From an uncultured Aliarcobacter sp. (lineage in GTDB: Bacteria; Campylobacterota; Campylobacteria; Campylobacterales; Arcobacteraceae): a DNA stretch of 64,000 bases. The notes under the pieces are model-generated. The model saw only the letters and a program-made list of their open reading frames with translations. It made no database searches and was not told where the DNA came from. The DNA is taken from contig CAXXLV010000001.1 of NCBI GenBank assembly GCA_963664305.2, forward strand, positions 480,001-544,000, given 5' to 3'. Of the stretch, positions 42,733 through 51,993 are shown one piece after another (the stretch's first letter is position 1; each line of letters opens with the position of its first letter). Position numbers and translations under genes: made by a program.

Positions 42733-43713
42733 CTAACAATATTTTATTCCTTTTTCTGCAATATGTTTTATGGTAATTTCATTAAAATATTTATTCTGCT
42801 TTTTACAAAAATCTTTTATCTTTGTTTCTGAAAAATCAACTATATTTATAAATTCCCCAGTAAAATATTTTTTATCAATATTTTTATTAGCTAATAGAAT
42901 ATGTGCAAATATTCTCAATTCAATTTCTTCAATATATGATTTCTCTGTTGGACAAATTTCTTCCACTAAATATTCAACTACATAATATAAATATAAAAGA
43001 ATATATGGCAATCTACTATATAGATAAGCCCATTGAGTTAGTTTTGAATTATAATCTGAAAAAATAAAGTTTATATTAAATTTATCAGTCCTTATTGCAT
43101 CGTCTCCAGTAAATAAATGCATTGCCTGATTACAAATTCCATCAAAATTATCTTCACATCTTTTGTTATATCTTAAATTTGCAAGATATGAAGATGAAAA
43201 TAAACTAGTTAATCCTAATTTATTAAGTACTATATTTATTCGTTCTTCATGTCCTTCTATCTTAAATTTTTTCATCGTTATACTTGGTCTTAATTCTAAT
43301 GGATTATCTGCCATACTTTTCCCTAAAGCTGTTTCATCAATAATCATAGACTCTAATAAATATAAACTTTCTTGAATTGGTTTTCTAATTAACATATAAG
43401 TAATATTTAATTTACCTTTTTTTGATGAAATAAGTGCTTCATAAATACAATGTAAAATATCACTTAATAATGCAGGTAAAATAACAGTTTTTAATATTTT
43501 ATTTCTATGTTCATACAATTCATTTTCTTGAAGAAATAAAAGAATATCTCCATCATTCTCAAGATTATTTGCAATTTTTTCATCTAAACTAAATTCATAA
43601 TTAAAAATTCCCTGATTTTTACCACTTACTAATGTATTTACTAATAAATCATGTATAAAAAAACATAATTCATGCCCTGCAATAAATTCTTTTGGTAAAA
43701 AATCATTCTTCAT
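42733..43713 (-). CDS. Hypothetical helical protein with HEPN-like motifs
   Basis: 326-aa ORF with RBS GGAG; LIRKPIQE and CNQAMH motifs. Confidence 0.7.
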   Translation of the reverse strand: MKNDFLPKEFIAGHELCFFIHDLLVNTLVSGKNQGIFNYEFSLDEKIANNLENDGDILLFLQENELYEHRNKILKTVILPALLSDILHCIYEALISSKKGKLNITYMLIRKPIQESLYLLESMIIDETALGKSMADNPLELRPSITMKKFKIEGHEERINIVLNKLGLTSLFSSSYLANLRYNKRCEDNFDGICNQAMHLFTGDDAIRTDKFNINFIFSDYNSKLTQWAYLYSRLPYILLYLYYVVEYLVEEICPTEKSYIEEIELRIFAHILLANKNIDKKYFTGEFINIVDFSETKIKDFCKKQNKYFNEITIKHIAEKGIKYC

Positions 43714-43734
43714 TTGATTTCTCCATCAAAACTC

Positions 43735-44421
43735 CTAAACATAAATCATTTTTTTAGTCATTCCACCATCAACTACAAAATCACTTCCAGTTATATAACC
43801 TCTATTTTTTAATAAAAATTTTACAGTATCAACTATATCTTCTGGAACACCAACTCGTCCACTTGGATGTTGAGAATTATCACTTTTTGTTGGAATATAC
43901 TCTTCATTTGTATTTATCCAACCAGGAGTTATTGAGTTTACTTTTACTTGAGGACTTAAAGTAATAGCCAATGCATGAGTTAATGCACTAATTCCACCTT
44001 TTGAAGCACTATAAGCTTCTGTTCCTACTTCACTCATCAAAGCTCTTGTTGAAGAGATATTTATGATATGTCCTTCTGATTCTTTTAGGAAATCTGCAAA
44101 CTCTTTTGAAAGAATATATGGAGCTGTAAGATTTGTATTTATTATATTTTCCCACTCTTCAAAAGTCTGTTTTTCTAGTATTTTCATTGAAAATATTGCA
44201 GCATTGTTTATTAAAGCATGAAGAGAATCAATATTTGTTTTTATCTTTTCAATAGTCTTTAAAAGCTGACTTTTATCAGATAAATCACATTTATAAAAAT
44301 CAACTTTTTCCATCTTATTTTCAACAATATCTATATTTATTACATGATATTTTTTTCTCAAATTTTTTGCTATAACTCTTCCAATACCATGTGATGCACC
44401 AGTTATTATGATATTTTTCAT
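43735..44421 (-). CDS. Short-chain dehydrogenase/reductase
   Basis: TGASHGIG, NNAA, YSASK, PGWI, VDGG. Confidence 0.92.
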   Translation of the reverse strand: MKNIIITGASHGIGRVIAKNLRKKYHVINIDIVENKMEKVDFYKCDLSDKSQLLKTIEKIKTNIDSLHALINNAAIFSMKILEKQTFEEWENIINTNLTAPYILSKEFADFLKESEGHIINISSTRALMSEVGTEAYSASKGGISALTHALAITLSPQVKVNSITPGWINTNEEYIPTKSDNSQHPSGRVGVPEDIVDTVKFLLKNRGYITGSDFVVDGGMTKKMIYV

Positions 44422-44436
44422 TTTATCTCCTAAAAT

Positions 44437-45045
44437 TTATTTATATTCCAATTTATTTACAACTAACTTTTTATTTTTAAATGGGTCAACAATCGCATTT
44501 ATTTCATCTAATTTATATTTTAAAGGAAAGCCTATTTTAGAGTTTGTTGCAGTACTTTCTAATATATAAAATCGTTTATCATTTACATATAAAGCTTTAC
44601 TATTTAATCTTATATTTTCAAAATGAATTATGACAAAAATATGTTCAGGAACTAATACAAAATAAATCTCTTCATAACCTTTTACTTTTAAAAGAGAAAT
44701 CAAAAGATTTGATTTATCATCACAATCCCCAAAATTTTGTTCAACTACTTGTTTTGAACTTCTTGCAATACTTTCGTTTATTTTATAAGGAATTCTTGTA
44801 ACAAAATCAAGCATTGATTGAACTTCACAAAGTTTATCATTTTTGCAATTTTTTGTTAAAAAATTTGCAAGTTTTGTTGTATATTCATCAGTTCTTACTT
44901 GATTTACATAAGTTGAGTCACCAATATCAATAAACTGATTTTTAACTATAAAAAAAGAACTAACAATCAAATAAACAACATAAATTATAAAAATAGCAGA
45001 AATTAAAAAAGAGAAATATTTTAATAATCTGCTATTTATTAACAT
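44437..45045 (-). CDS. Membrane-anchored transglutaminase-like protein
   Basis: N-terminal TM; GDCDDK, EHIF, ILEST (Cys-His-acid triad). Confidence 0.8.
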   Translation of the reverse strand: MLINSRLLKYFSFLISAIFIIYVVYLIVSSFFIVKNQFIDIGDSTYVNQVRTDEYTTKLANFLTKNCKNDKLCEVQSMLDFVTRIPYKINESIARSSKQVVEQNFGDCDDKSNLLISLLKVKGYEEIYFVLVPEHIFVIIHFENIRLNSKALYVNDKRFYILESTATNSKIGFPLKYKLDEINAIVDPFKNKKLVVNKLEYK

Positions 45046-46052
45046 ATTTCATTTAATGCTTTTTGTAAAGTTTCATTTGCAGTTGAACTTTTAACTGCAA
45101 TTCTTACAAATCGTTCATCTAAAAAATCAAAGTTTGAGCAATCTCTAACCATGATTTTAAATGGTTTTAATTTTTCTTGAAACTCTTTTGCATTTAGACT
45201 TTTTAGTTTTACTAAAAGATAATTTGCACTACTTTCAGAAATTTCATCTATCAAACTAGAACTTTTTAAAATATTTTCTAACTCTATTTTATTTTTGATA
45301 TTTATAGCTTTTGAAATAGATTTAAAAAGTTTATCATCTAGTGCAGCTTGTAAATAGTTTGAATCAAACTGTGATAATTTCCACATAGGTTCAAACTCTT
45401 TTAGTTTTTCTATATTTTCTTTTGTAGAAACTATTGTCCCTACTCTAATTCCAGCACTCGAATAAAATTTTGTCATTGATTTTAAAATGTATAATTTATC
45501 ATAAGTTTTTAGATATTTTATAGCACTAGGTTTATCACAAAAATCTAAAAAACTCTCATCAATTAAAATCGTACAAGATTTTTCTATCCAAGTTTTCATC
45601 AACTCTTCTAAATCATAATATCTTCCATCAGGAGTTGAAGGATTTACAAAAATCACAAAACTATTCTCTTTTACTTCTTGATTTATATTTTCAAATCTAT
45701 TTATCAAATTTAATTCATAACCAAAATTTAAAGCAGCCTTTTTATACTCTAAATAAGCAGGTGAATAAATCGTACAAGTTTGTAAAGAAAGATGTTTAAA
45801 TAGAGTAAAAATCGCACTACTTCCACCATTAAATAGTTCTATTTCTAAATTTTCAACTCCATAGTTTGATGAGATTTTATCATATAACTTATCATAAGTT
45901 GGATATGAAGAAATATCTAAAGTGTTAAAATCTACATTTATTTGAGGTTTTACAAAATTTATATTTGAAGATAAATCTATAATCTCATCTACACTGCATC
46001 CCAATTCAAATGCAAATTTTTCTATCTGCCCACCATGTTCAAAAGTTTTCAT
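45039..46052 (-). CDS. cobD: L-threonine-O-3-phosphate decarboxylase (CobD family)
   Basis: EHGG, DLSSNIN, DESFLDF, SMTKFY...GIRVG, VRDCSNF; follows cobS. Confidence 0.85.
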   Translation of the reverse strand: MKTFEHGGQIEKFAFELGCSVDEIIDLSSNINFVKPQINVDFNTLDISSYPTYDKLYDKISSNYGVENLEIELFNGGSSAIFTLFKHLSLQTCTIYSPAYLEYKKAALNFGYELNLINRFENINQEVKENSFVIFVNPSTPDGRYYDLEELMKTWIEKSCTILIDESFLDFCDKPSAIKYLKTYDKLYILKSMTKFYSSAGIRVGTIVSTKENIEKLKEFEPMWKLSQFDSNYLQAALDDKLFKSISKAINIKNKIELENILKSSSLIDEISESSANYLLVKLKSLNAKEFQEKLKPFKIMVRDCSNFDFLDERFVRIAVKSSTANETLQKALNEIC

Positions 46053-46795
46053 AATATTAAAAGTAATCCTATATTTAAAAGTATTAATTCTGTATGTTCA
46101 AGAGTAAATCCCAAACAATCTCCATTTACAAAGCCAAATTTATTGTTTAAAACTTTTAATACAAAATAAAAACTCAAAAGTGATAAAACAAATAAAACTA
46201 AAACATTTGTTCCAATAAAAAGTGCAATTATTACATAAATCAAAGCAAAAAGTTTAAGTTGAAAAATCCCAGAATTTGCAAAAGCCAAAGATAAAAAACT
46301 ATCTTTACTAAATTTAAAATATCCAAGAAGATAAATAAGATTTAATCTTGAAAAAACACAAACAAGTAAAAATAGAACATATTGTTTTTCATATAAAACA
46401 TATGTGATTATTCCAACTTTTAAAAGTACAAATGAAAAAGCATATAAAGCCCCAATTGCCCCAATAGTTGACTCTTTCATAATCATATAGGCATCTTTCC
46501 CACTATATGAAGCAAACCAAGCATCAACCACATCTATAATTGCTTCAGTGTGTATAAATCCATAAAGAGCAAGATAAATAACCGCACATACAAAAGAAGC
46601 ATATAAAGGGTGAAAAAAATCAACTAATATATAATTTAAACCTATTACTATTGAAGCTAAAATCGCTCCCACAAGTGGCAATAAAGCTAAAGTATATTTA
46701 TAAGTTTCATTGTTTATTTCCATATTTTTTATAAAAACAGGAATTATTGAAAAATATGAAAGAGCGAAGAAAAAAGCATTTTTTATTTGTTTCAT
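46049..46795 (-). CDS. cobS: Adenosylcobinamide-GDP ribazoletransferase
   Basis: GFIHTEAIIDVVDA, IMKES.IGA.G, GFVNGDCLG. Confidence 0.92.
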   Translation of the reverse strand: MKQIKNAFFFALSYFSIIPVFIKNMEINNETYKYTLALLPLVGAILASIVIGLNYILVDFFHPLYASFVCAVIYLALYGFIHTEAIIDVVDAWFASYSGKDAYMIMKESTIGAIGALYAFSFVLLKVGIITYVLYEKQYVLFLLVCVFSRLNLIYLLGYFKFSKDSFLSLAFANSGIFQLKLFALIYVIIALFIGTNVLVLFVLSLLSFYFVLKVLNNKFGFVNGDCLGFTLEHTELILLNIGLLLIL

Positions 46796-47286
46796 TTTAA
46801 TCTTCTTTCTAAACCAAATTTCACTTCATAAACCTCATCACAAAGTTTTGCTAACTCTTGTCCTATAAGTCCTGAAGAATCTACAAATCTTCGTGATTCT
46901 CTATCAAAAGGAATTACACCACAAGAAACATCATTTAAAATAAAAACTATATTTGCATCAACTTCACAAATCTTTTTTAGTTGAGATTTAAGTTCTTCTT
47001 CACTTTTTTCAAGATTATTAAAAAGCCACATTGAAACACAATCGATTAAATATGTATTGTTTTTTTCTACTATTTTTGTTAAATCTTTTGCTTCTTCAAC
47101 ACTATTAAAATTATCTTCTCTTTCAATTATATGTTTGTTTATTCTATCTTGCATAGACTCATCACCAAAAGAGTTATCATAAGTTGCTATATAATATGGC
47201 TTTTTATCTTTTGATAACTCTAAAGCTTTTTTGATTCCTGCTTTTGTTTTTCCTGATTTTTGTCCACCAAAATAAAATATTTTCAT
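46792..47286 (-). CDS. cobU: Adenosylcobinamide kinase/phosphate guanylyltransferase
   Basis: GGQKSGKT, YIAT, RINKH, IDC..W, GVIP...RRFVD. Confidence 0.92.
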   Translation of the reverse strand: MKIFYFGGQKSGKTKAGIKKALELSKDKKPYYIATYDNSFGDESMQDRINKHIIEREDNFNSVEEAKDLTKIVEKNNTYLIDCVSMWLFNNLEKSEEELKSQLKKICEVDANIVFILNDVSCGVIPFDRESRRFVDSSGLIGQELAKLCDEVYEVKFGLERRLK

Positions 47287-47885
47287 TATAATCCTAAAAA
47301 GTTTTTAATACCTGTAAATACGATTTGAGCTGAAAGTGCTGCTAAAATCAAACCAGTGATTTTTGAAATAACTAAAAGTCCTTGTTTTCCCATCATTCTT
47401 TCAAAAATACTTGAACTATAAAGCATAAAACCTATCACTAAAACAGCACTAATCAAAGCTAAACTTCCCGTTAGCATAGAAGAAGTATCTTCAAAAGTTG
47501 CTCCCATAACAAGTAAAATACCAATTGTTCCAGGTCCTACAATAACAGGAATTGCTAAAGGAACAACAGCTTGTTGAAGCACATCTTTATCTCCAACTTT
47601 TGCACTATCTTTGCTTCCTTTTACCAACTCAATTGCTGTTAAAAATAGTAAAGCTCCAGCTCCTATTCTAAAAGCATCAAGGGTAATTCCAAAAATTGTA
47701 AATATATGTTTTCCAAAAAATAACAATATCATACTTGTAATGATTACTGAAATGGTAACCTTAATAGCCAAAGCCTTTTTCTGTTTAGCACTTGCTTCTT
47801 GAGTTACTGTTAAGAATACTGTTAAAGCAAAAAAAGGTGCCATAATAAAAAACATTTTTAAAAATGTTGAAATAAATAAATCCAT
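47286..47885 (-). CDS. MarC family membrane protein
   Basis: FGITLDAFRIGAG, PLAIPVIVGPG. Confidence 0.92.
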   Translation of the reverse strand: MDLFISTFLKMFFIMAPFFALTVFLTVTQEASAKQKKALAIKVTISVIITSMILLFFGKHIFTIFGITLDAFRIGAGALLFLTAIELVKGSKDSAKVGDKDVLQQAVVPLAIPVIVGPGTIGILLVMGATFEDTSSMLTGSLALISAVLVIGFMLYSSSIFERMMGKQGLLVISKITGLILAALSAQIVFTGIKNFLGL

Positions 47886-47908
47886 TAGAATCCTAAATTA
47901 TATAAAGA

Positions 47909-48532
47909 TTAAAAATATTTTTTAATCTCTTTTGCCCAAAGTTCATAGGCACTTCCATTTAAATGTAAATCATCCGAAGTAAACTCTTTTTTTAAGACTT
48001 TTTGTGGAGCTAAAATTGGATTTAGATTTATAAATGTGATTTGATTTTTACTTGCATATTCTTCTAATCTTTTATTTAACTCTTCAACTTTTGGATTAAA
48101 ATTTTCCATTCTTTTTTCACCAATAAAAAGTGTTGATTGAATATAAACTTTTATATTTTTATCTTTAAAAGTTTTAATTATCTTCATATAATTGTTATAA
48201 ATTTCATCAACTTCTTTTCCTCGCATGATATCATTTACACCAATCATTATAAAAACTTGTTTTATACTTTTATTTATAGAGTCTAATCTTTCTAATACTC
48301 CACTTGTAGTATCACCACTAATCCCTCTATTTTGAACTTTATCATTATTTAGCAATTCATCCCATAAACCTTCGTCAGTTATTGAATCACCTAACATCAT
48401 AGTTTCATATTTATCACTATTTTTTAACATTTCAAATTGGCTCTTTTTATGTTTGTAATATGGGTCATCTTGTATTTGCCAAGCTTGTAACATCATCATA
48501 CTTCCAAAAAACAATATCAAAAACTTTTTCAT
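47909..48532 (-). CDS. Exported GDSL/SGNH hydrolase
   Basis: Signal peptide, GDSIT, NRGISGD, GVND, DDLH. Confidence 0.9.
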   Translation of the reverse strand: MKKFLILFFGSMMMLQAWQIQDDPYYKHKKSQFEMLKNSDKYETMMLGDSITDEGLWDELLNNDKVQNRGISGDTTSGVLERLDSINKSIKQVFIMIGVNDIMRGKEVDEIYNNYMKIIKTFKDKNIKVYIQSTLFIGEKRMENFNPKVEELNKRLEEYASKNQITFINLNPILAPQKVLKKEFTSDDLHLNGSAYELWAKEIKKYF

Positions 48533-48535
48533 TTT

Positions 48536-49600
48536 TTATCCTAAAAAACTCTCTATTTTATTTGTAATTTGCTCTTTTGATAATCCATTAATTGTAGCAT
48601 AACATAAAGCTCCTCCACAACCAACTCCCTCTTTTGCTTCACCTTCATCATAAAGTTTAAGTGCAGGATGATTTGATAAACTAAAATCAAATTCACTAGC
48701 ATATGCATTAATAGGAAAATCCAATTGTTCTAAAATTGCTTTTATATCTGAATTTTCATCTTTACTTATCCATTTCGTAGTACAAAGGGCAAGATTTGAA
48801 GAATCAATCTCTCCCGCCATACTTTTTAAAATTGAATTTACCACAAGTAAAACTGAGGCCATTTGAGTTCCACCAGCAAGAATAACTTTCAAATCATTTA
48901 CTCTACTTCCTAAAATAAATCCAGCATTAAAAATAATCATGTTATCACTAACTTTTGATAATTTTTCAAAAATATCATCATTTTTATCTAGATTATCTAA
49001 AGCTTTTTTTATCGTCTCATTTTTTATATCACTTGGATTATTTTTAAATGAACTTGAGAAATATCCATCACATTCATAACCAAGTGCTTTTGCAGTCGAA
49101 TTTGCTGTTGTAGTTCCTGCAGGAATTGTCTCAGCAATTATCACATAATCATCTTTTGTTTCAAAATTTTGTCCAAATTCCAATCCTTTTTGGAATATTT
49201 CCATGGCTGGTATTTTGGCATTAGTTGTTATTGATTCACTTGGTTTTATATCAAAATTATGAATTTTAAAATAATCAATTTGAGGAATTACTTCTAATCC
49301 TAAATTTAAAATTTCTATATTTGAATATGGATTTAATTCATGAATTGCTCTAGTTATTAATGCAGGTGTGGGAACACCTTTTGGTGTTTGTGCAATATCA
49401 GGAAGTGAACGTACTTCTTTTGTACATAAAAATTCAGCATCAAGAGTTGGAGTAAGATAAAGTTTTCCAGGAATTCCAGCTTGTGAGATATTTGGTATTT
49501 CACATGTTTTCGTTACGCTACAGCTAAGTAAAAAAGTTGCTTTTTTGCCTCTTAAGAACTCTAAAAAATCTACTTTTCCTAAAATTGTTTCAAAATTCAT
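48536..49600 (-). CDS. cobT: Nicotinate-mononucleotide:base phosphoribosyltransferase, archaeal/cyanobacterial-type CobT
   Basis: ISQAG...TPTLDAE, PTPALIT, ETIPAGTTTA, AGGTQM, KEGVGCGG. Confidence 0.85.
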   Translation of the reverse strand: MNFETILGKVDFLEFLRGKKATFLLSCSVTKTCEIPNISQAGIPGKLYLTPTLDAEFLCTKEVRSLPDIAQTPKGVPTPALITRAIHELNPYSNIEILNLGLEVIPQIDYFKIHNFDIKPSESITTNAKIPAMEIFQKGLEFGQNFETKDDYVIIAETIPAGTTTANSTAKALGYECDGYFSSSFKNNPSDIKNETIKKALDNLDKNDDIFEKLSKVSDNMIIFNAGFILGSRVNDLKVILAGGTQMASVLLVVNSILKSMAGEIDSSNLALCTTKWISKDENSDIKAILEQLDFPINAYASEFDFSLSNHPALKLYDEGEAKEGVGCGGALCYATINGLSKEQITNKIESFLG

Positions 49601-49735
49601 TTGAAGCCTTTTTGTATAATTTTTGAGAAGTATAACAAATATTAGATAAATGCTTATTTTTTTTAATATCTCCTTATATTTCTTTTGTAACTAAATTATT
49701 ATATAATTCTTTTATAATTCCAATAAGGAGGATTT

Positions 49736-51142
49736 ATGTCAAATCAAATGTTAAAAATGATTGCACCACTTGCAGTCTTAGTTATTTTTTGGTTCATTCC
49801 AGCACCAGAAGGTTTATCTGCCAATGCGTGGCATTTCTTAGCAGTATTTTTTGCTGTTGTTGTAGGACTTATTATTGAGCCTGTTCCTGCTGCTCTTGTA
49901 GGTTTTACAGGTATCTCTTTTGTAGCTCTAATAGGATTAGTTGGAAATCCTAAAGAAAGTATTACATGGGCACTATCTGGTTTCTCAAATAGTGTTATTT
50001 GGTTAATCTTTGCTGCATTTATGTTTGCACGTGGTTATGAAAAAACTGGACTTGGAAGAAGAGTTTCTTTAATCATGGTTAGATTTATGGGGAAAAGCTC
50101 ATTAGGTCTTGGATATGCAGTTGCATTCTCTGATTTAATTTTAGCACCATTTATGCCATCAAACACTGCAAGAAGCGGTGGTTCAGTTTATCCTGTTGCT
50201 ATTAATATTCCGCATATTTTTGATTCATATCCAGATAAAGATCCAAGAAAATTAGGTTCTTATATTTCATGGGTAGCAATCGCAACTACTTGTGTAACAA
50301 GTTCTATGTTCCTAACTGCACTTGCACCAAATCTATTAGCTGTAGATTTAATTGGAAAAAGTACAGGTCACGTTATTAGTTGGGGAGAGTGGGCAGGAGT
50401 TATGTTACCTTTAATGATTCCATTATTTTTACTTACTCCTTGGTTAACTTATGTTGTTTATCCACCAACACAAAAAAAATCTCCTGAAGCTCCAGCTTGG
50501 GCAGCAGAAGAGTTAAAAAAACTTGGACCTGTTACATTTAAAGAATATCTAATGGCATCTCTTGCAACTATTGCTTTAGTTTTATGGATTTTTGGAAAAG
50601 AGTTTGGAGTTGATTCTACTACGGTTGCAATCTCTATTGTTGCAATTATGGTTTTAGCAAATGTTATTACTTGGGATGACTTACTTTCAAATAAAGCAGC
50701 ATTCAATGTTCTTATTTGGTTCTCAACTTTAGTTGCAATGGCAGCGGGGCTTAAAAAAGTAGGTATTTTAGATTGGATTGGAGCTAATACTCAAACTATG
50801 TTAGCAGGAATGAATCCAACAACTCTAATCATTGCATTAGTAATATTATTCTTTTTATTACACTATTTCTTTGCAAGTGTTACTGCTCACGTTACAGCTT
50901 TAATCCCTGTATTCATGACAATTGCAGCTTCACTTTTACCACCAGAACAAATAATTCCATTTACAGTTATCTTAGCTGGAAGTTTAGGGGTTATGGGAAT
51001 TATCACTCCATATGGAACTGGTCCTTCTCCTATTTGGTATGGTGCAGGATATATTTCACAAGCAAAATGGTGGCTTTTAGGTGCTCTATTTGGAGGACTT
51101 TATCTAGCAGTTATTGTTGTTGGTGCATTTATATTCATCTAA
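49736..51142 (+). CDS. DASS family anion permease (CitT/TtdT-like)
   Basis: PSNTARSGG, SSMFLTA.APN, HYFFAS.TAH, TPYGTGP. Confidence 0.92.
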   Translation: MSNQMLKMIAPLAVLVIFWFIPAPEGLSANAWHFLAVFFAVVVGLIIEPVPAALVGFTGISFVALIGLVGNPKESITWALSGFSNSVIWLIFAAFMFARGYEKTGLGRRVSLIMVRFMGKSSLGLGYAVAFSDLILAPFMPSNTARSGGSVYPVAINIPHIFDSYPDKDPRKLGSYISWVAIATTCVTSSMFLTALAPNLLAVDLIGKSTGHVISWGEWAGVMLPLMIPLFLLTPWLTYVVYPPTQKKSPEAPAWAAEELKKLGPVTFKEYLMASLATIALVLWIFGKEFGVDSTTVAISIVAIMVLANVITWDDLLSNKAAFNVLIWFSTLVAMAAGLKKVGILDWIGANTQTMLAGMNPTTLIIALVILFFLLHYFFASVTAHVTALIPVFMTIAASLLPPEQIIPFTVILAGSLGVMGIITPYGTGPSPIWYGAGYISQAKWWLLGALFGGLYLAVIVVGAFIFI

Positions 51143-51173
51143 TATTTAAAAGAGAGTTTCTCTCTTTTAAATA
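51143..51173. terminator. Bidirectional terminator
   Basis: TATTTAAAAGAGAG-TTT-CTCTCTTTTAAATA, 14-bp perfect stem. Confidence 0.8.
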
Positions 51174-51913
51174 ATTGTTTGATAAGTTAAAAAACAAGCT
51201 ATCAAAAATAAAATACCTTTTACAACTTTTCTATAACTTTCTTGAGGGATTTTATCTTTAATTTTTAATCCAATAAACATTGCAACAACTACTACAATTA
51301 AACTACTAAATGATGTTATTAATAACTCTTCACTAAATGAACCATGAATTGCAAAAAGAACTATTTGAATAACTTTTCCAAATAAAAAACATAAATTTGT
51401 AGATTGAATTATCTCTTTTTTTGTATGTTTTGATTCAAGTGAATAAATGATTAAAATAGAAGCCATAACATTTGTTAAACCTCCAATAATTCCAGCAACT
51501 AATCCAAATACAATCATAGATAAAGTTTTCTTTTCTCTTACCCATTTAATTTCAATTCTAAATTTTTGAATAAATAAATACAAAAATATTGAAAGTGCTA
51601 ATAATAGTTTGAATATTTCTGAACTACTAAAAATAAGTATTTGTGTTCCTATTGCACTTCCTATCATTCCTAAAATTGCAATTGGATAAAACCTTTTTAC
51701 AGCTTGTAAAAAGTTTCCTTCACTATAAATAGAAATAAGATTTATCAGCAATGTAGGAATAGCAATATACAAAATAGCAGTTTTTACATCTGTTACAATA
51801 GCTAAAAGTGGCGTAGCAATCATAGGAAAACCAAAACCAACTGTACCATGAACTAAAGATGAGATAAAAATAATTGCAGAAAAGATGATTAAAAAATCAG
51901 TGTTTAAATCCAT
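51167..51913 (-). CDS. TauE/SafE sulfite-exporter family protein
   Basis: G.VGFGF..IATP, internal duplication, about 8 TM. Confidence 0.85.
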   Translation of the reverse strand: MDLNTDFLIIFSAIIFISSLVHGTVGFGFPMIATPLLAIVTDVKTAILYIAIPTLLINLISIYSEGNFLQAVKRFYPIAILGMIGSAIGTQILIFSSSEIFKLLLALSIFLYLFIQKFRIEIKWVREKKTLSMIVFGLVAGIIGGLTNVMASILIIYSLESKHTKKEIIQSTNLCFLFGKVIQIVLFAIHGSFSEELLITSFSSLIVVVVAMFIGLKIKDKIPQESYRKVVKGILFLIACFLTYQTII

Positions 51914-51965
51914 AATAAATCCTAAAAAAATTTATTATAGAGCAATTTTATTAAAGGTAAAGAAG

Positions 51966-51993
51966 TTAAAAGAGAGATTTATCTCTCTTTTAA
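51966..51993 (-). terminator. Terminator after dsbD
   Basis: TTAAAAGAGAGAT-TT-ATCTCTCTTTTAA. Confidence 0.7.

Noticed and set aside
38317..49735. Cobalamin riboswitch upstream of cbiB, cobQ or cobT
   Set aside because: The intergenic regions are short, AT-rich and lack B12-box elements
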